From contig JAZTXK010000055.1 of the NCBI GenBank assembly GCA_045636385.1, forward strand, positions 13,764-77,763: a stretch of DNA of 64,000 nt. Reading direction: 5' to 3'. The DNA is from Eubacteriales bacterium. GTDB lineage: Bacteria; Bacillota; Clostridia; Oscillospirales; CAG-272. Positions 50,452 to 59,754 of the stretch are shown one piece after another. How positions within the stretch are numbered: the stretch's first letter is position 1; the number at the start of each line of letters is the position of its first letter. The position numbers and the translations under genes are program-made. The notes under the pieces were generated by a model, which searched no databases, was not told where the DNA came from, and was given only the letters and a program-made list of their open reading frames with translations.

Positions 50452-52170
50452 ATGAAGAAGCTTATTTCAATTTTAGTATTTCTGCTTGCGGCAGTAATGC
50501 TTACCTCTGTTTTCACCGCTTGCAACGGTGAGGGAGAGACCGACACCGATCCCGTGGATACTACCGAGGCGATCGAGACCGAGGCTCCCGCACCCGCCAC
50601 CATCAAGCTCACCGAGGGTAAAAAGGCACTCTACACCATCGTGCGCCCCGACGAATCCGAGCAGGCTGTTTACGATCTCGCAAGAAATATTGCAGACGAT
50701 CTCAAGAAGGCAACGGGAATGACCTTTAATCACAACACCGACTTTATAGGCTGGAATACCGTCCGCGATCCCGAGGCATACGAGATCCTTCTCGGCTATA
50801 CCAACTATGACGAGACGGCAGAGGTCATGAAGGATCTCAAATACTACGACTACGCTATCGTTATCCGCGGACACAAGATCATTATCACCGCGTATACCGA
50901 TGCTACGCTCAGAAAAGCGGTAACCTACTTCCGCAACAATATGCTCCCCCTTATTGCACAGGGCGAGGACGGCGATTATACCATCAACCTCTTTGAAGAT
51001 TATATCTACCGTGGAAAGTACAACATCGATACTCTTACCCTCGACGGCAACCCTCTTCAGAATTACACCGTAGTTTACGGCAAGAGCACTCCTGCGGGTG
51101 AGGAAGCGGCAAAGAAGGTCGTTGAGGTTCTTGCAAGCGCAACGGGCATTTATCTCCCGATCAAGAGCGACAAGGACGCCGAGACCGAATGCGAGATCCT
51201 CGTCGGTAAGACTAACCGTGCCGCAAGCGCGGGCTCGAACTCGATAGCTAATCTTTCCTACAACGTATCCCTCCAGTCGGGCAAGCTTGTATTAGATTGC
51301 AAGAGTCTTCAGACCGCAGAGGCGGCGGTAAGAAAGCTCTACGCTGAGAAGATGTCTTCGAGTACCAACGTTGAGCTTACATCGGGTGCGCTTTGCTCCG
51401 GTGATCTTCTTGACGAGCACGAATTCCCGATGACAGCGGGAAGCGATCTCCGTATCGTTACCTATAACGTACTCACCGAAAAGTGGGGCGGAACCGAAAC
51501 CTCCGCGAGAGCAGAAGTCTTCGGTGCATTCCTTGACGTCTACAAGCCCGACGTTGTCGGCGTTCAGGAGCTTTGTGAGCAGTGGAGAAAGTATCTCCCC
51601 GATACCCTCGGCGATTACAAGCTCATCGGTACTGTCCGTGAGGATAAGGGGTACAGCTATTCCGCTATCGTTTATAATGCTGCCAAGTACGAGGTTCTTG
51701 CGCAGGGCTGCGAGACCTATTCATACCACGCAAGCGCCGAGTGCCGCAATATGTCCTGGGCAATATTCCTTGATCCCAAGACGGGCGTGAAGTTCGCGTT
51801 CATTTCAACACACTGGGATTTCGGCGAAGAGGATAATAAGCAGCAGATGCGTAAGGTTCAGGCTGACGAGATGACCAAGAAGATCGAAAGCCTCAAGGCA
51901 GAATACGGTTGCCCCGTTATCATCACGGGCGACTTCAACTGCAACAATACTTCTGACTCTTATAAGTACTTTATGGGCATCAACGGTATGGTGAACGCGC
52001 TCACCGATTCGGAATATTATTACAATTCCAAGGGTACGTCCTCAATCGACTTCGTAATGATCTCGAAGGGCGACGGCGTATTCAAGGGTTACCGCAAGCT
52101 TCTTGAAAACGGACTCGAGACCCTTTCCGACCACAAGGCGAATCTTGCGGATATTGATCTTATTCCTTAA
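50452..52170 (+). CDS. Lipoprotein: DUF4838-like N-terminal module plus endonuclease/exonuclease/phosphatase (EEP) domain
   Basis: LTSVFTAC lipobox; ALYTIVRPDES...ILLGYTN; C-terminal LRIVTYNVL...GVQE...ITGDFN...SDHKANL. Confidence 0.75.
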   Translation: MKKLISILVFLLAAVMLTSVFTACNGEGETDTDPVDTTEAIETEAPAPATIKLTEGKKALYTIVRPDESEQAVYDLARNIADDLKKATGMTFNHNTDFIGWNTVRDPEAYEILLGYTNYDETAEVMKDLKYYDYAIVIRGHKIIITAYTDATLRKAVTYFRNNMLPLIAQGEDGDYTINLFEDYIYRGKYNIDTLTLDGNPLQNYTVVYGKSTPAGEEAAKKVVEVLASATGIYLPIKSDKDAETECEILVGKTNRAASAGSNSIANLSYNVSLQSGKLVLDCKSLQTAEAAVRKLYAEKMSSSTNVELTSGALCSGDLLDEHEFPMTAGSDLRIVTYNVLTEKWGGTETSARAEVFGAFLDVYKPDVVGVQELCEQWRKYLPDTLGDYKLIGTVREDKGYSYSAIVYNAAKYEVLAQGCETYSYHASAECRNMSWAIFLDPKTGVKFAFISTHWDFGEEDNKQQMRKVQADEMTKKIESLKAEYGCPVIITGDFNCNNTSDSYKYFMGINGMVNALTDSEYYYNSKGTSSIDFVMISKGDGVFKGYRKLLENGLETLSDHKANLADIDLIP

Positions 52171-52180
52171 ACAATATAAA

Positions 52181-52221
52181 AATAATACCGCAACGGGCTT
52201 TCCGTTGCGGTATTATTTTTA
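52181..52221. terminator. Bidirectional terminator
   Basis: 16-bp perfect stem AATAATACCGCAACGG / CCGTTGCGGTATTATT with flanking A and T runs. Confidence 0.85.
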
Positions 52222-52230
52222 TATTTGAAT

Positions 52231-52479
52231 TTATTTGCTCATCATAGTGTCCGAGATGACCTTGAGCACTCTGTCGTAGCATCCGCCGCAGCCGGTGGAG
52301 CAGTGGGTGGTCTTCTTTACGTCCTCGAAAACGTCAAGGAGGTTTTCAACCTTGGAGTGCTTTTCGAGCGCGTCGAGGATGTTGAAGTAAGATACGTTCT
52401 TGCAGTTGCAGATCTTGAAATCTGTTGCGGAATTGGTGTTTACGGGCTTGAGATCGCAGGTCTTCTTTTCGTTTGTCAT
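52231..52479 (-). CDS. BFD-like [2Fe-2S]-binding domain protein (82 aa)
   Basis: ICNCKNV...HCSTGCGGC; start at MTNEKK behind GGAGGA. Confidence 0.7.
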   Translation of the reverse strand: MTNEKKTCDLKPVNTNSATDFKICNCKNVSYFNILDALEKHSKVENLLDVFEDVKKTTHCSTGCGGCYDRVLKVISDTMMSK

Positions 52480-52563
52480 CGGTTTATCCTCCGTGTCTTG
52501 CTTTGATGGCATTATTATATCATAATCTGCGGAGGTTTTCCGTGACTCGGTCACAATGAGGAA

Positions 52564-53784
52564 TTATTTTTTGAGCTGTTTTTCGACAGCCGCGATTCTG
52601 TCGCCGAGGGGCGGGTGGCTGTATTCGAGAACGACGTTGATCTTTGAGGGGGAGAGGTGAGCAAAGTTCTCACGAGCGAGCTTTTTGAGCGCCGAGATCA
52701 TTGCCTCGCCGTAGCCCTCGCTTACCGCCTGACGGTCCGCGCGGTATTCTGCGGCGCGGCTTCGTGCATTCATAATGAGCGACATAAAGGGCTGAACGAT
52801 TCCAAGCCCCGTGCCCATAAGCAGGTATACGAAGCCGTAGTTTACGCCCTCGAATCCGAATGCGGTATGAAGCTCGGGAACGCTGACCGCGAGGAACGCG
52901 ACAGTTCCCATCAGCGCCATATTGGCAAGGTTGAGAAGTTGCATTTTCGGAACGTCCTTGTGGAGTCCGTGACCGAGCTCGTGCGCGAAGACGGCGCAGA
53001 TCTCGTCGGGAGTCATCGAATTAACGAGATTGTCGTAGAGAACGATAGTCTTGAGCTTGCCGAAGCCCGTGAAATAGGCGTTGAGCTTCGTGGTTCGTCT
53101 GGAGGCGTCCATAACCTCGATCGCCTTAACCTGATATCCGTGCTTCGTAAGAAGCCCTACAAGGCTTTCTTTGAGCTCTCCGTCTTCAAGGGGAGTGAAC
53201 TTGTTGCCAATGCGGCTGAGGATGGGATAGAGGAAGGAAATGACGAGTGAAAAGCAGAACATCGCGCCTGCAAAGATGGGGATCATCCATACACCGACGA
53301 GGCTGTAAAATCCGAACACGGCGTAACAGATAAGAATCGAGAGAAGCAGATTTAAGAGGAATGAGCGGATGCGGTCGGCGATGAAGGTCTTTACCGTTGT
53401 TTTGTTAAATCCGTATTTCTGCTCGATCACCATATTTGAAACGTAGCTTTCGATAATCTCAAAAACGGTGGAAACGAGCGTGGCAAAAATGATAACCGCA
53501 AGAAGTCCCGCGTGATCGCCGGCGGGGAAGAGCGAGGCGACGGCGGAATATGTATCGGTTGCGAGAATCGCGAGCATAACGATTCCGGTAACTATCGAGG
53601 AAAGAATGCTGAATCTCGAATGTTCCGCCTCGTATTTTTTCCACTTTGCGTATGTTTCGTCATCGTAGACGTCGGCGAGGTTGGCGGGTGTGGGATTGCT
53701 TGCCGAGCGATGCTGAACGATATTCAGCACGATTCCGTAAAGTCCGCCGATGAGGCAGAGGATCAAAACAGCGAGTTTTATCAT
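52564..53784 (-). CDS. M48 family zinc metalloprotease (Ste24/CAAX-prenyl-protease-like)
   Basis: Multi-TM N-terminus; HELGHGLH zinc motif. Confidence 0.85.
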   Translation of the reverse strand: MIKLAVLILCLIGGLYGIVLNIVQHRSASNPTPANLADVYDDETYAKWKKYEAEHSRFSILSSIVTGIVMLAILATDTYSAVASLFPAGDHAGLLAVIIFATLVSTVFEIIESYVSNMVIEQKYGFNKTTVKTFIADRIRSFLLNLLLSILICYAVFGFYSLVGVWMIPIFAGAMFCFSLVISFLYPILSRIGNKFTPLEDGELKESLVGLLTKHGYQVKAIEVMDASRRTTKLNAYFTGFGKLKTIVLYDNLVNSMTPDEICAVFAHELGHGLHKDVPKMQLLNLANMALMGTVAFLAVSVPELHTAFGFEGVNYGFVYLLMGTGLGIVQPFMSLIMNARSRAAEYRADRQAVSEGYGEAMISALKKLARENFAHLSPSKINVVLEYSHPPLGDRIAAVEKQLKK

Positions 53785-55142
53785 TACACTGTCTCCGTTT
53801 CTTTAATGTATTTTTTATAGAAGATTATGATGAATGGAATCGAGATAAAGAAGGTGCAGATATCAGCGATCGACTGCGCAGACTGTACGCCCGTGAGGTC
53901 GATCAGGAGAGGGAGCAGCAATATAACGGGCAGGAAGCAGATGCCCTGACGGCAGCTTGCAAGGAAGGTCGCCTGAAGCTTGAAGCCGAGACCTTGGTAG
54001 AGCTGATTGACGAAGGTACTGAACGCCATCAGCGGTATGCAAGCGCAGAGGAAATAAAGCGTTTGTGTTCCGATAAGTGCGACCTCTGCATCGTCGCAGA
54101 AGAACCACATTATCTGTTCTGCGAAAATAGCCGAAAATCCGCCGAAGATGAGGCAGATAGCCGTGCCGATCTTGACCGAGAAGGTGAAGCATTCCCAAGT
54201 GCGCTTTTTGTTGCCTGCGCCGTAGTTGTAGCCCGCGGCGGGCTGGAAGCCCTGACCGAGACCGACGATGATATTGCGGATGAGCATATAGACCTTGTTT
54301 GCGATGGTTATCGCCGCACCTGCGGCATCGCCGCCGTATTCGATAGCCTGAATGTTGAGCGCGGCAGAGGCAACGCTTGCGAGTCCCTGACGGAAGATCG
54401 TGGGGATTCCCGTGGTGACGATTGCCTTATAATCGGCAAAGTGGCGGCTGACACTCTTGAGATTGATCTTGACGATCGACTTTCCGAATATGAAGAAACA
54501 GAAAAGTATCGTAAAGCTGACAGTCTGGCTTGCCATTGTGGCGATAGCGGCACCGCCTGTGCCCATATCGAAGCCGTTGATAAGTATCGGGTCGAGGATC
54601 ATATTCAGAATTCCGCCCGCCGTGATGCCGACCATTGAGAGTACGGAAAGTCCTTCGCTTCGGAGAGTGGTGTTGAGAACGAAGGTCGCGCAGTTGAGTG
54701 GCGCGGCGATCAGAATGAAGCGCGCGTAGGGAATCGCGTGCGGCATCATTGTGTCGGTGCATCCGAGGAAGCGGAGAATAGGCTCGAGGAATGAAAGACC
54801 GATAATTCCGATAAGCGCGCCGACGATGACGGAGGCGGCAAACGCGCTTGAAGCGTATTTATCCGCCGCGGCGTTGTCCTTTGCCCCGAGCTTTCGGCTG
54901 ATAAGGCTTCCGGCACCGACGCCGAGACCGAAGCCGAGCGCCTGAATTATCGACATTATCGAGAACACCGCACCGACGGCTGCGGAGGCAGACTTGTCTA
55001 TCTGCGATACGAAATACGTATCCGCAGTGTTGTATATGACGGTTATCAGCGAGCTTACCACAGTTGGTACTGCAAGCGAGGTGATCAGCCGAGGAATCGG
55101 CGTTTCCATCATTCTTTTGTATTGAGCATCGCTCTGGTTCAA
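53784..55142 (-). CDS. MATE family efflux transporter
   Basis: 12-TM protein with typical N-terminus ...PIPRLITSLAVPTVVSSLITVIYNTADTYFVSQ. Confidence 0.88.
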   Translation of the reverse strand: MNQSDAQYKRMMETPIPRLITSLAVPTVVSSLITVIYNTADTYFVSQIDKSASAAVGAVFSIMSIIQALGFGLGVGAGSLISRKLGAKDNAAADKYASSAFAASVIVGALIGIIGLSFLEPILRFLGCTDTMMPHAIPYARFILIAAPLNCATFVLNTTLRSEGLSVLSMVGITAGGILNMILDPILINGFDMGTGGAAIATMASQTVSFTILFCFFIFGKSIVKINLKSVSRHFADYKAIVTTGIPTIFRQGLASVASAALNIQAIEYGGDAAGAAITIANKVYMLIRNIIVGLGQGFQPAAGYNYGAGNKKRTWECFTFSVKIGTAICLIFGGFSAIFAEQIMWFFCDDAEVALIGTQTLYFLCACIPLMAFSTFVNQLYQGLGFKLQATFLASCRQGICFLPVILLLPLLIDLTGVQSAQSIADICTFFISIPFIIIFYKKYIKETETV

Positions 55143-55213
55143 AATATCATCTTCTTTCGGTTTAAATTGATTTTGATTATATTATATCATATAATTTAAA
55201 CAATTTCAATGAG

Positions 55214-55250
55214 AAAATAAAAAACCATCCCCGATTTTTCGGGGATGGTT
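55214..55250 (-). terminator. rnf operon terminator
   Basis: AACCATCCCCG / CGGGGATGGTT stem followed by a T-run on the minus strand. Confidence 0.8.
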
Positions 55251-55257
55251 TTGAAGC

Positions 55258-56079
55258 TTATAAGAAGCACTTATCGCAGACGAAAACGTCCTTGTGGATA
55301 GCGTGTACGGGGCAAGCGTCAACGCAGAGTCCGCAGCTTGTGCACTTGGAGTGATCGAGAAGGGGGAGGTTCTCGTCCATAGTGATCGCGCCGTTGGGGC
55401 AGGTGCGTGCGCACTTGGTGCATCCGATACAGCCGTTGGTACACATCTTACGGGTAAGAGCGCCCTTGTCGTGGTTCGAGCATCCGATAGCGATGATGGT
55501 GCCGTCCTCCTGCATCTTGATGGTGCTGTGAGGACAGGTCTTCGCGCAAAGTCCGCAGCCCGTGCAGAGGCTCGAGATGATCTTTGCTACGCCGTCGGTG
55601 ATGAGGATAGCGTTGTTGGGACAAACTGCTGCACAGTCGCCGAGACCGATGCAGGCGTAGGTACAAACGTTTTCGCCCTCCCAATGCTCTGCGGCCTCGC
55701 GACAGGTCTTGAAGCCGTCGCGGAGGTGCTTTTCGTCCTTCTTGGTAGCTTCGCAGGTGCCGTGGCATCCGACGTAAGCAAAGAGCTTGACAGCCTTGCC
55801 CGCCTCAACGCCGAGGACGGATGCGATCTCCTGCGAGGTTGTGTCGCCGCCGGGAACGCAGAGGTTGGTTTCGGTGATCTTGCCCTCGGAAAGAGCGCGT
55901 GCGTAGCCGTCGCATCCGCTGTATCCGCAGGCACCGCAGTTAGCTCCGGGGAGCGTATCGCGGATGGCGAGGAACTTTTCGTCCTCTTTAACGCCGAAGA
56001 GAATGTTCGAAACGGTAAGTATGATCGCGCAAACTACCGCGACCGCAAGACAGATAAGTACGGGAATAATAATTGCCAT
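55258..56079 (-). CDS. rnfB: Rnf complex subunit B (polyferredoxin)
   Basis: N-terminal TM segment, CGACGYSGC cluster motif, several CxxCxxCxxxCP ferredoxin motifs. Confidence 0.9.
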   Translation of the reverse strand: MAIIIPVLICLAVAVVCAIILTVSNILFGVKEDEKFLAIRDTLPGANCGACGYSGCDGYARALSEGKITETNLCVPGGDTTSQEIASVLGVEAGKAVKLFAYVGCHGTCEATKKDEKHLRDGFKTCREAAEHWEGENVCTYACIGLGDCAAVCPNNAILITDGVAKIISSLCTGCGLCAKTCPHSTIKMQEDGTIIAIGCSNHDKGALTRKMCTNGCIGCTKCARTCPNGAITMDENLPLLDHSKCTSCGLCVDACPVHAIHKDVFVCDKCFL

Positions 56080-56093
56080 TGTTGTCTGCCTCC

Positions 56094-56687
56094 TTATGCG
56101 AGAAGATTTTCAACGATTCCCGCAAAGCCGTAGAACGCCATAGCAACGATCGAAGCGGCGATAAGTGTCACGGGAAGTCCGCGGAAGCACTTGGGTGCGT
56201 TCGAATCGTCGAGCTTGGAGCGAACGCCCGCGAAGAGGAGCATTGCAAGCAGGAAGCCGAGGCCAACGCCGAGAGAGGAAATCATCGACTCAAGGAAGGT
56301 GTAGCCAGCGGTAATGTTGTTGATGGTAACGCCGAGAACCGCGCAGTTGGTGGTGATCAGGGGGAGATAGATACCGAGCGACGCGTGAAGCGAGGGGATG
56401 AATCTCTTGAGGATGATCTCAACGAACTGAACGAGTGTAGCGATAACGAGGATGAATACGATGGTCTGGAAATACTCGATCTTGAGGGGGACGAGAACGT
56501 AGTTGTAGATCGGCCAGGTTGCCGCGGTAGCAAAGAGCATAACGAAGATAACCGCCATACCCATACCGCTTGCCTGATTTACCTTCTTGGAAACTCCAAG
56601 GAAGGGGCAGATGCCGAGGAACTGATTGAGGACGTAGTTGTTAACGAGTACGCCGCCCATAAGAATAAGGATAAGACTCTTAAGCAT
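56094..56687 (-). CDS. rnfA: Rnf complex subunit A
   Basis: LGICPFLGVS...LITTNCAVLG. Confidence 0.9.
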   Translation of the reverse strand: MLKSLILILMGGVLVNNYVLNQFLGICPFLGVSKKVNQASGMGMAVIFVMLFATAATWPIYNYVLVPLKIEYFQTIVFILVIATLVQFVEIILKRFIPSLHASLGIYLPLITTNCAVLGVTINNITAGYTFLESMISSLGVGLGFLLAMLLFAGVRSKLDDSNAPKCFRGLPVTLIAASIVAMAFYGFAGIVENLLA

Positions 56688-57384
56688 TTTCTACTTCCTC
56701 CTTCTTTTCATTGTTAAGGCAGGTCTTGTTTACACAGACCGATGCGGAAGGGCATCCCTCGCAGGAGAAGGACTTCTTCTTTACGCCGCCCTTCTTTTCG
56801 GTGAGCTTGTTCATAATGGCGATGAGGATACCGTAAACGAGGAATCCGCCGGGAGCAGCAGCAAGAACGGGGATCTTGAACATCTGCATAAATCCGAGCT
56901 CGATGCCCATAAAGCTTCCGTTGCCGAATACCTCACGGATGAATGCCATAAGGAAGAGGGCGAGGATGAATCCAAGTCCCATTCCGAGGCCGTCGACCGC
57001 ACTGTCGAGAACGGTATTCTTTCTTGCGAACATTTCGGCACGGCCGAGAATTACGCAGTTAACAACAATAAGCGCGAGATAAACGCCGAGCATTTCGTAG
57101 ATCGAGGGAAGAAATGCCTGAAGAAGCATCTGAACCGCGGTTACGAATGCCGCGATGATAACGATGTAGCAGGGAACGCGGACGGTGTCGGGAATTACCT
57201 TACGAAGCGCCGAGATAACGACGTTCGAGCAGATAAGAACGACGGTTGCCGCAAGACCCATCGAGAGTGCGGAGGTGACGTTGCCGGTTACCGCGAGGGT
57301 GGGGCAGGTACCGAGAATGAGAATGAGAACGGGGTTCTCAGCGATAATACCGCGAAGGAGAATAGATAACTTATTATTTTTCAT
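56680..57384 (-). CDS. rnfE: Rnf complex subunit E, with Cys-rich C-terminal tail
   Basis: LGTCPTLAVT...IVVNCVILGRAE; tail SFSCEGCPSASVCVNKTC. Confidence 0.9.
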   Translation of the reverse strand: MKNNKLSILLRGIIAENPVLILILGTCPTLAVTGNVTSALSMGLAATVVLICSNVVISALRKVIPDTVRVPCYIVIIAAFVTAVQMLLQAFLPSIYEMLGVYLALIVVNCVILGRAEMFARKNTVLDSAVDGLGMGLGFILALFLMAFIREVFGNGSFMGIELGFMQMFKIPVLAAAPGGFLVYGILIAIMNKLTEKKGGVKKKSFSCEGCPSASVCVNKTCLNNEKKEEVENA

Positions 57385-58598
57385 TACTGTGCTCCTCCTT
57401 TGATAGCGTTGAATGCCGCGAAAGCGTCCTCGGTGGACTGCTTCATAGCGTTGGATGTCATAGTTGCGGTTGCGATAACTGCGGCGTCGCCGGTCCAGGT
57501 CTCGGAGGTGAGTCCCTCAAAGCCTGCCTTATAGGAAGCGATATCCATGCCGCCGAATGCTGCGAAGTACTCTTCGTCGAAGATGTACTGCTTAGCTTCG
57601 ATCTTTGCGATTGCGCCGTTTGCGTCAATGATTACGTAAACGTCCATCTGATGGAAGCCCATGCTTCTGGAGTAGAATGCATAGTAATCAGCACCGTTCG
57701 ACTTGAATGTGGAAGCCGAAACGAGAGTACCGAAGGTGGGAACTTCGATGGATGCGATATCCGAAGCGTCTGCGAAGTACTTGGTAATCTTAGCCGAGAG
57801 ATCGTCGGAGTAAGGCTTCTGATTTGCCGTAGCGTGAGCCTTTGCCTCTTCTGCGAGAGTTGCCTGAGCGTCGGTTACGTTGTTGCCTTCAGCATCGTAA
57901 ACGATGTATCCGCCGGTTGCGTTGACGAGGGTGAGGAATGCGTTCTCTCCGTCGGAGGAGATATATGCAAAGCCTGCGTCGTTCGCTGCCTTGAGGATCT
58001 TCTTGAAGCTGCCGGTTGCGTCGATTGCTGCGGGATTTACAAAACCGTGTGCGAGTTCCGCGATCTTCGCCTCAAGTGCGATAGCGGGATCAAGCTTACC
58101 GCCCGATGCGAGGGTGAAGCCCTGAAGCGCGTTGTTTACCGCGTCGCGGTAGCCGTTACTGGTCATAGTCGCGCCCGCAATAAGATTGGGAGCGAAGTCT
58201 GCGAGAGACTGACCGTTGTAGGTGTTGTCGATCTGAGGCTCCTTGCCGAAGGTGTCCTGAGTTTCAAGGCACTTCGAGCCGGTGATCTTACCCTCGGAGC
58301 TTACGCCGACCATGATGACCATACCCGACTTGTAGCCGGTGGACACTACGCGGAAGACGTAACCCTTGCCGGAGGTTTCCTTGTAAGCGTTTGTAATTGC
58401 CTCGGGAAGTCCGAGAGTGGAAATATCAATTTCCTCAAAGCTGCCGCCCTCGGGCATAACCTCGATGAGCGCGCCGTTTGCCGCTGCAGCTCTCTGTGCC
58501 TCGATGATGGGGCCTGTTACCATATTGATAGCAGAGAGGATGAGCGCAACTGCCATGCAGATGCAGGAGAGGACGATGGTGGGCTTAATGTTCTTCAT
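57384..58598 (-). CDS. rnfG: Rnf complex subunit G, double length with two FMN-binding domains
   Basis: 404 aa; two flavinylation-type motifs, AGATMTSNGY and ATATMTSNAM. Confidence 0.85.
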   Translation of the reverse strand: MKNIKPTIVLSCICMAVALILSAINMVTGPIIEAQRAAAANGALIEVMPEGGSFEEIDISTLGLPEAITNAYKETSGKGYVFRVVSTGYKSGMVIMVGVSSEGKITGSKCLETQDTFGKEPQIDNTYNGQSLADFAPNLIAGATMTSNGYRDAVNNALQGFTLASGGKLDPAIALEAKIAELAHGFVNPAAIDATGSFKKILKAANDAGFAYISSDGENAFLTLVNATGGYIVYDAEGNNVTDAQATLAEEAKAHATANQKPYSDDLSAKITKYFADASDIASIEVPTFGTLVSASTFKSNGADYYAFYSRSMGFHQMDVYVIIDANGAIAKIEAKQYIFDEEYFAAFGGMDIASYKAGFEGLTSETWTGDAAVIATATMTSNAMKQSTEDAFAAFNAIKGGAQ

Positions 58599-59521
58599 TA
58601 TTCAGCCACCTCCTCGTTCTTCTTTGCACCGATCATATCGATGTAGGGGCAGATGATGTTCATAAGGAGGATAGCGAAGGATACGCCCTCGGGATAGCCT
58701 CCGTAGAAACGGATAAGTACGGTGATGAGCGCACAGCAAAGAGCGAAAATGATCTTGCCGATGCCACGCTTGGGGGAGGTCACGGGATCGGTTGCCATAA
58801 AGATTGCACCGATGAGAAGACCGCCGCCGAGGGTGTGGTATACAGCGTTCATAACGTCGCCGCCGAATGCGAGCGAGAGAAGGAATACGCCGCCGATATA
58901 GCAAGCGGGGATATGCCAGCTGATTACCTTACGGACGATGAGGTAGATACCGCCGAGGAGAAGCGCGATAGCGCAGGTCTCACCGATAGCGCCGCCGCGG
59001 TTGCCGATAAGCATATCGAGCATAGAGGGGAGAGTGCCCTCCGCACCGCCGAGGATGGCGAGGGGAGTTGCGCCCGATTCGATCTCGGCAAAGTTTGTCA
59101 TTGCTCCGCCCGCTACTTCGGTGAAGGCAATGAGAAGCATTACTCTTGCGGCAACAGCGGGGTTGACGATGTTGTAGCCGAGTCCGCCAAATGCGCACTT
59201 GACGATAACGATCGCAAACACACTGCCAACAAGGCACTGCCAGATTGTGACGTTTGTTGAAAGGTTAAGCGCGAGCAGAAGTCCTGTGACAACTGCGGTG
59301 AGATCGCCGACGGTCTGATCTTTCTTTGCGAGCAGGTTGAAAACATACTCGGAGATAAGAGAGGTTCCGACACACACCGCAATGATAACGGCAGCCTTGA
59401 GTCCGAAGAGCACGATAGCCGCGACCGTTGCGGGAGCAAGAGCGATCAGAAGATCGAGCATTACGCTTTTTGTTTTGCGCGGCGCAATGCAGGAAGAATT
59501 TGAAGCTTTCAAATTTTCCAT
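58598..59521 (-). CDS. rnfD: Rnf complex subunit D
   Basis: Polytopic protein; ...FMATDPVTSP... motif; first gene of the operon. Confidence 0.9.
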   Translation of the reverse strand: MENLKASNSSCIAPRKTKSVMLDLLIALAPATVAAIVLFGLKAAVIIAVCVGTSLISEYVFNLLAKKDQTVGDLTAVVTGLLLALNLSTNVTIWQCLVGSVFAIVIVKCAFGGLGYNIVNPAVAARVMLLIAFTEVAGGAMTNFAEIESGATPLAILGGAEGTLPSMLDMLIGNRGGAIGETCAIALLLGGIYLIVRKVISWHIPACYIGGVFLLSLAFGGDVMNAVYHTLGGGLLIGAIFMATDPVTSPKRGIGKIIFALCCALITVLIRFYGGYPEGVSFAILLMNIICPYIDMIGAKKNEEVAE

Positions 59522-59621
59522 TGTTTTTTACTCCTTGTTTATGTAATAAAAGTTTTTTCGAATGCAGAATTGAACTATATTATATATTTGAATTAAATAT
59601 AGCTCCGAAAAATCCCATTAT

Positions 59622-59650
59622 ATTATACCACAAAAACATTTCGCTGTCAA
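59622..59650 (-). promoter_or_regulatory. rnf operon promoter immediately upstream of rnfD
   Basis: On the minus strand, TTGACA (59650-45), 17-nt spacer, TATAAT (59627-22). Confidence 0.75.
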
Positions 59651-59718
59651 GCAAAAAATTGCGCTGAATGAGCCTTAAATAAAATTGCCAACCGACGGTT
59701 TGCGGGATGTAAATCAAA

Positions 59719-59749
59719 AGCTCCCGAAGCGCTGTCGGCTTCGGGAGCT
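59719..59749 (-). terminator. Terminator of the solute-binding protein gene
   Basis: 12-bp stem AGCTCCCGAAGC / GCTTCGGGAGCT followed by TTTTGATTT on the minus strand. Confidence 0.85.
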
Positions 59750-59754
59750 GGGAT

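Noticed and set aside
52480-52563. Recurring CTCCGCAGA word (also at 30664, 31846 and 39688) as a possible shared motif.
   Set aside because: One occurrence is inside a coding region, the observation is post hoc, and the word is short. I cannot assess significance without a genome-wide count.
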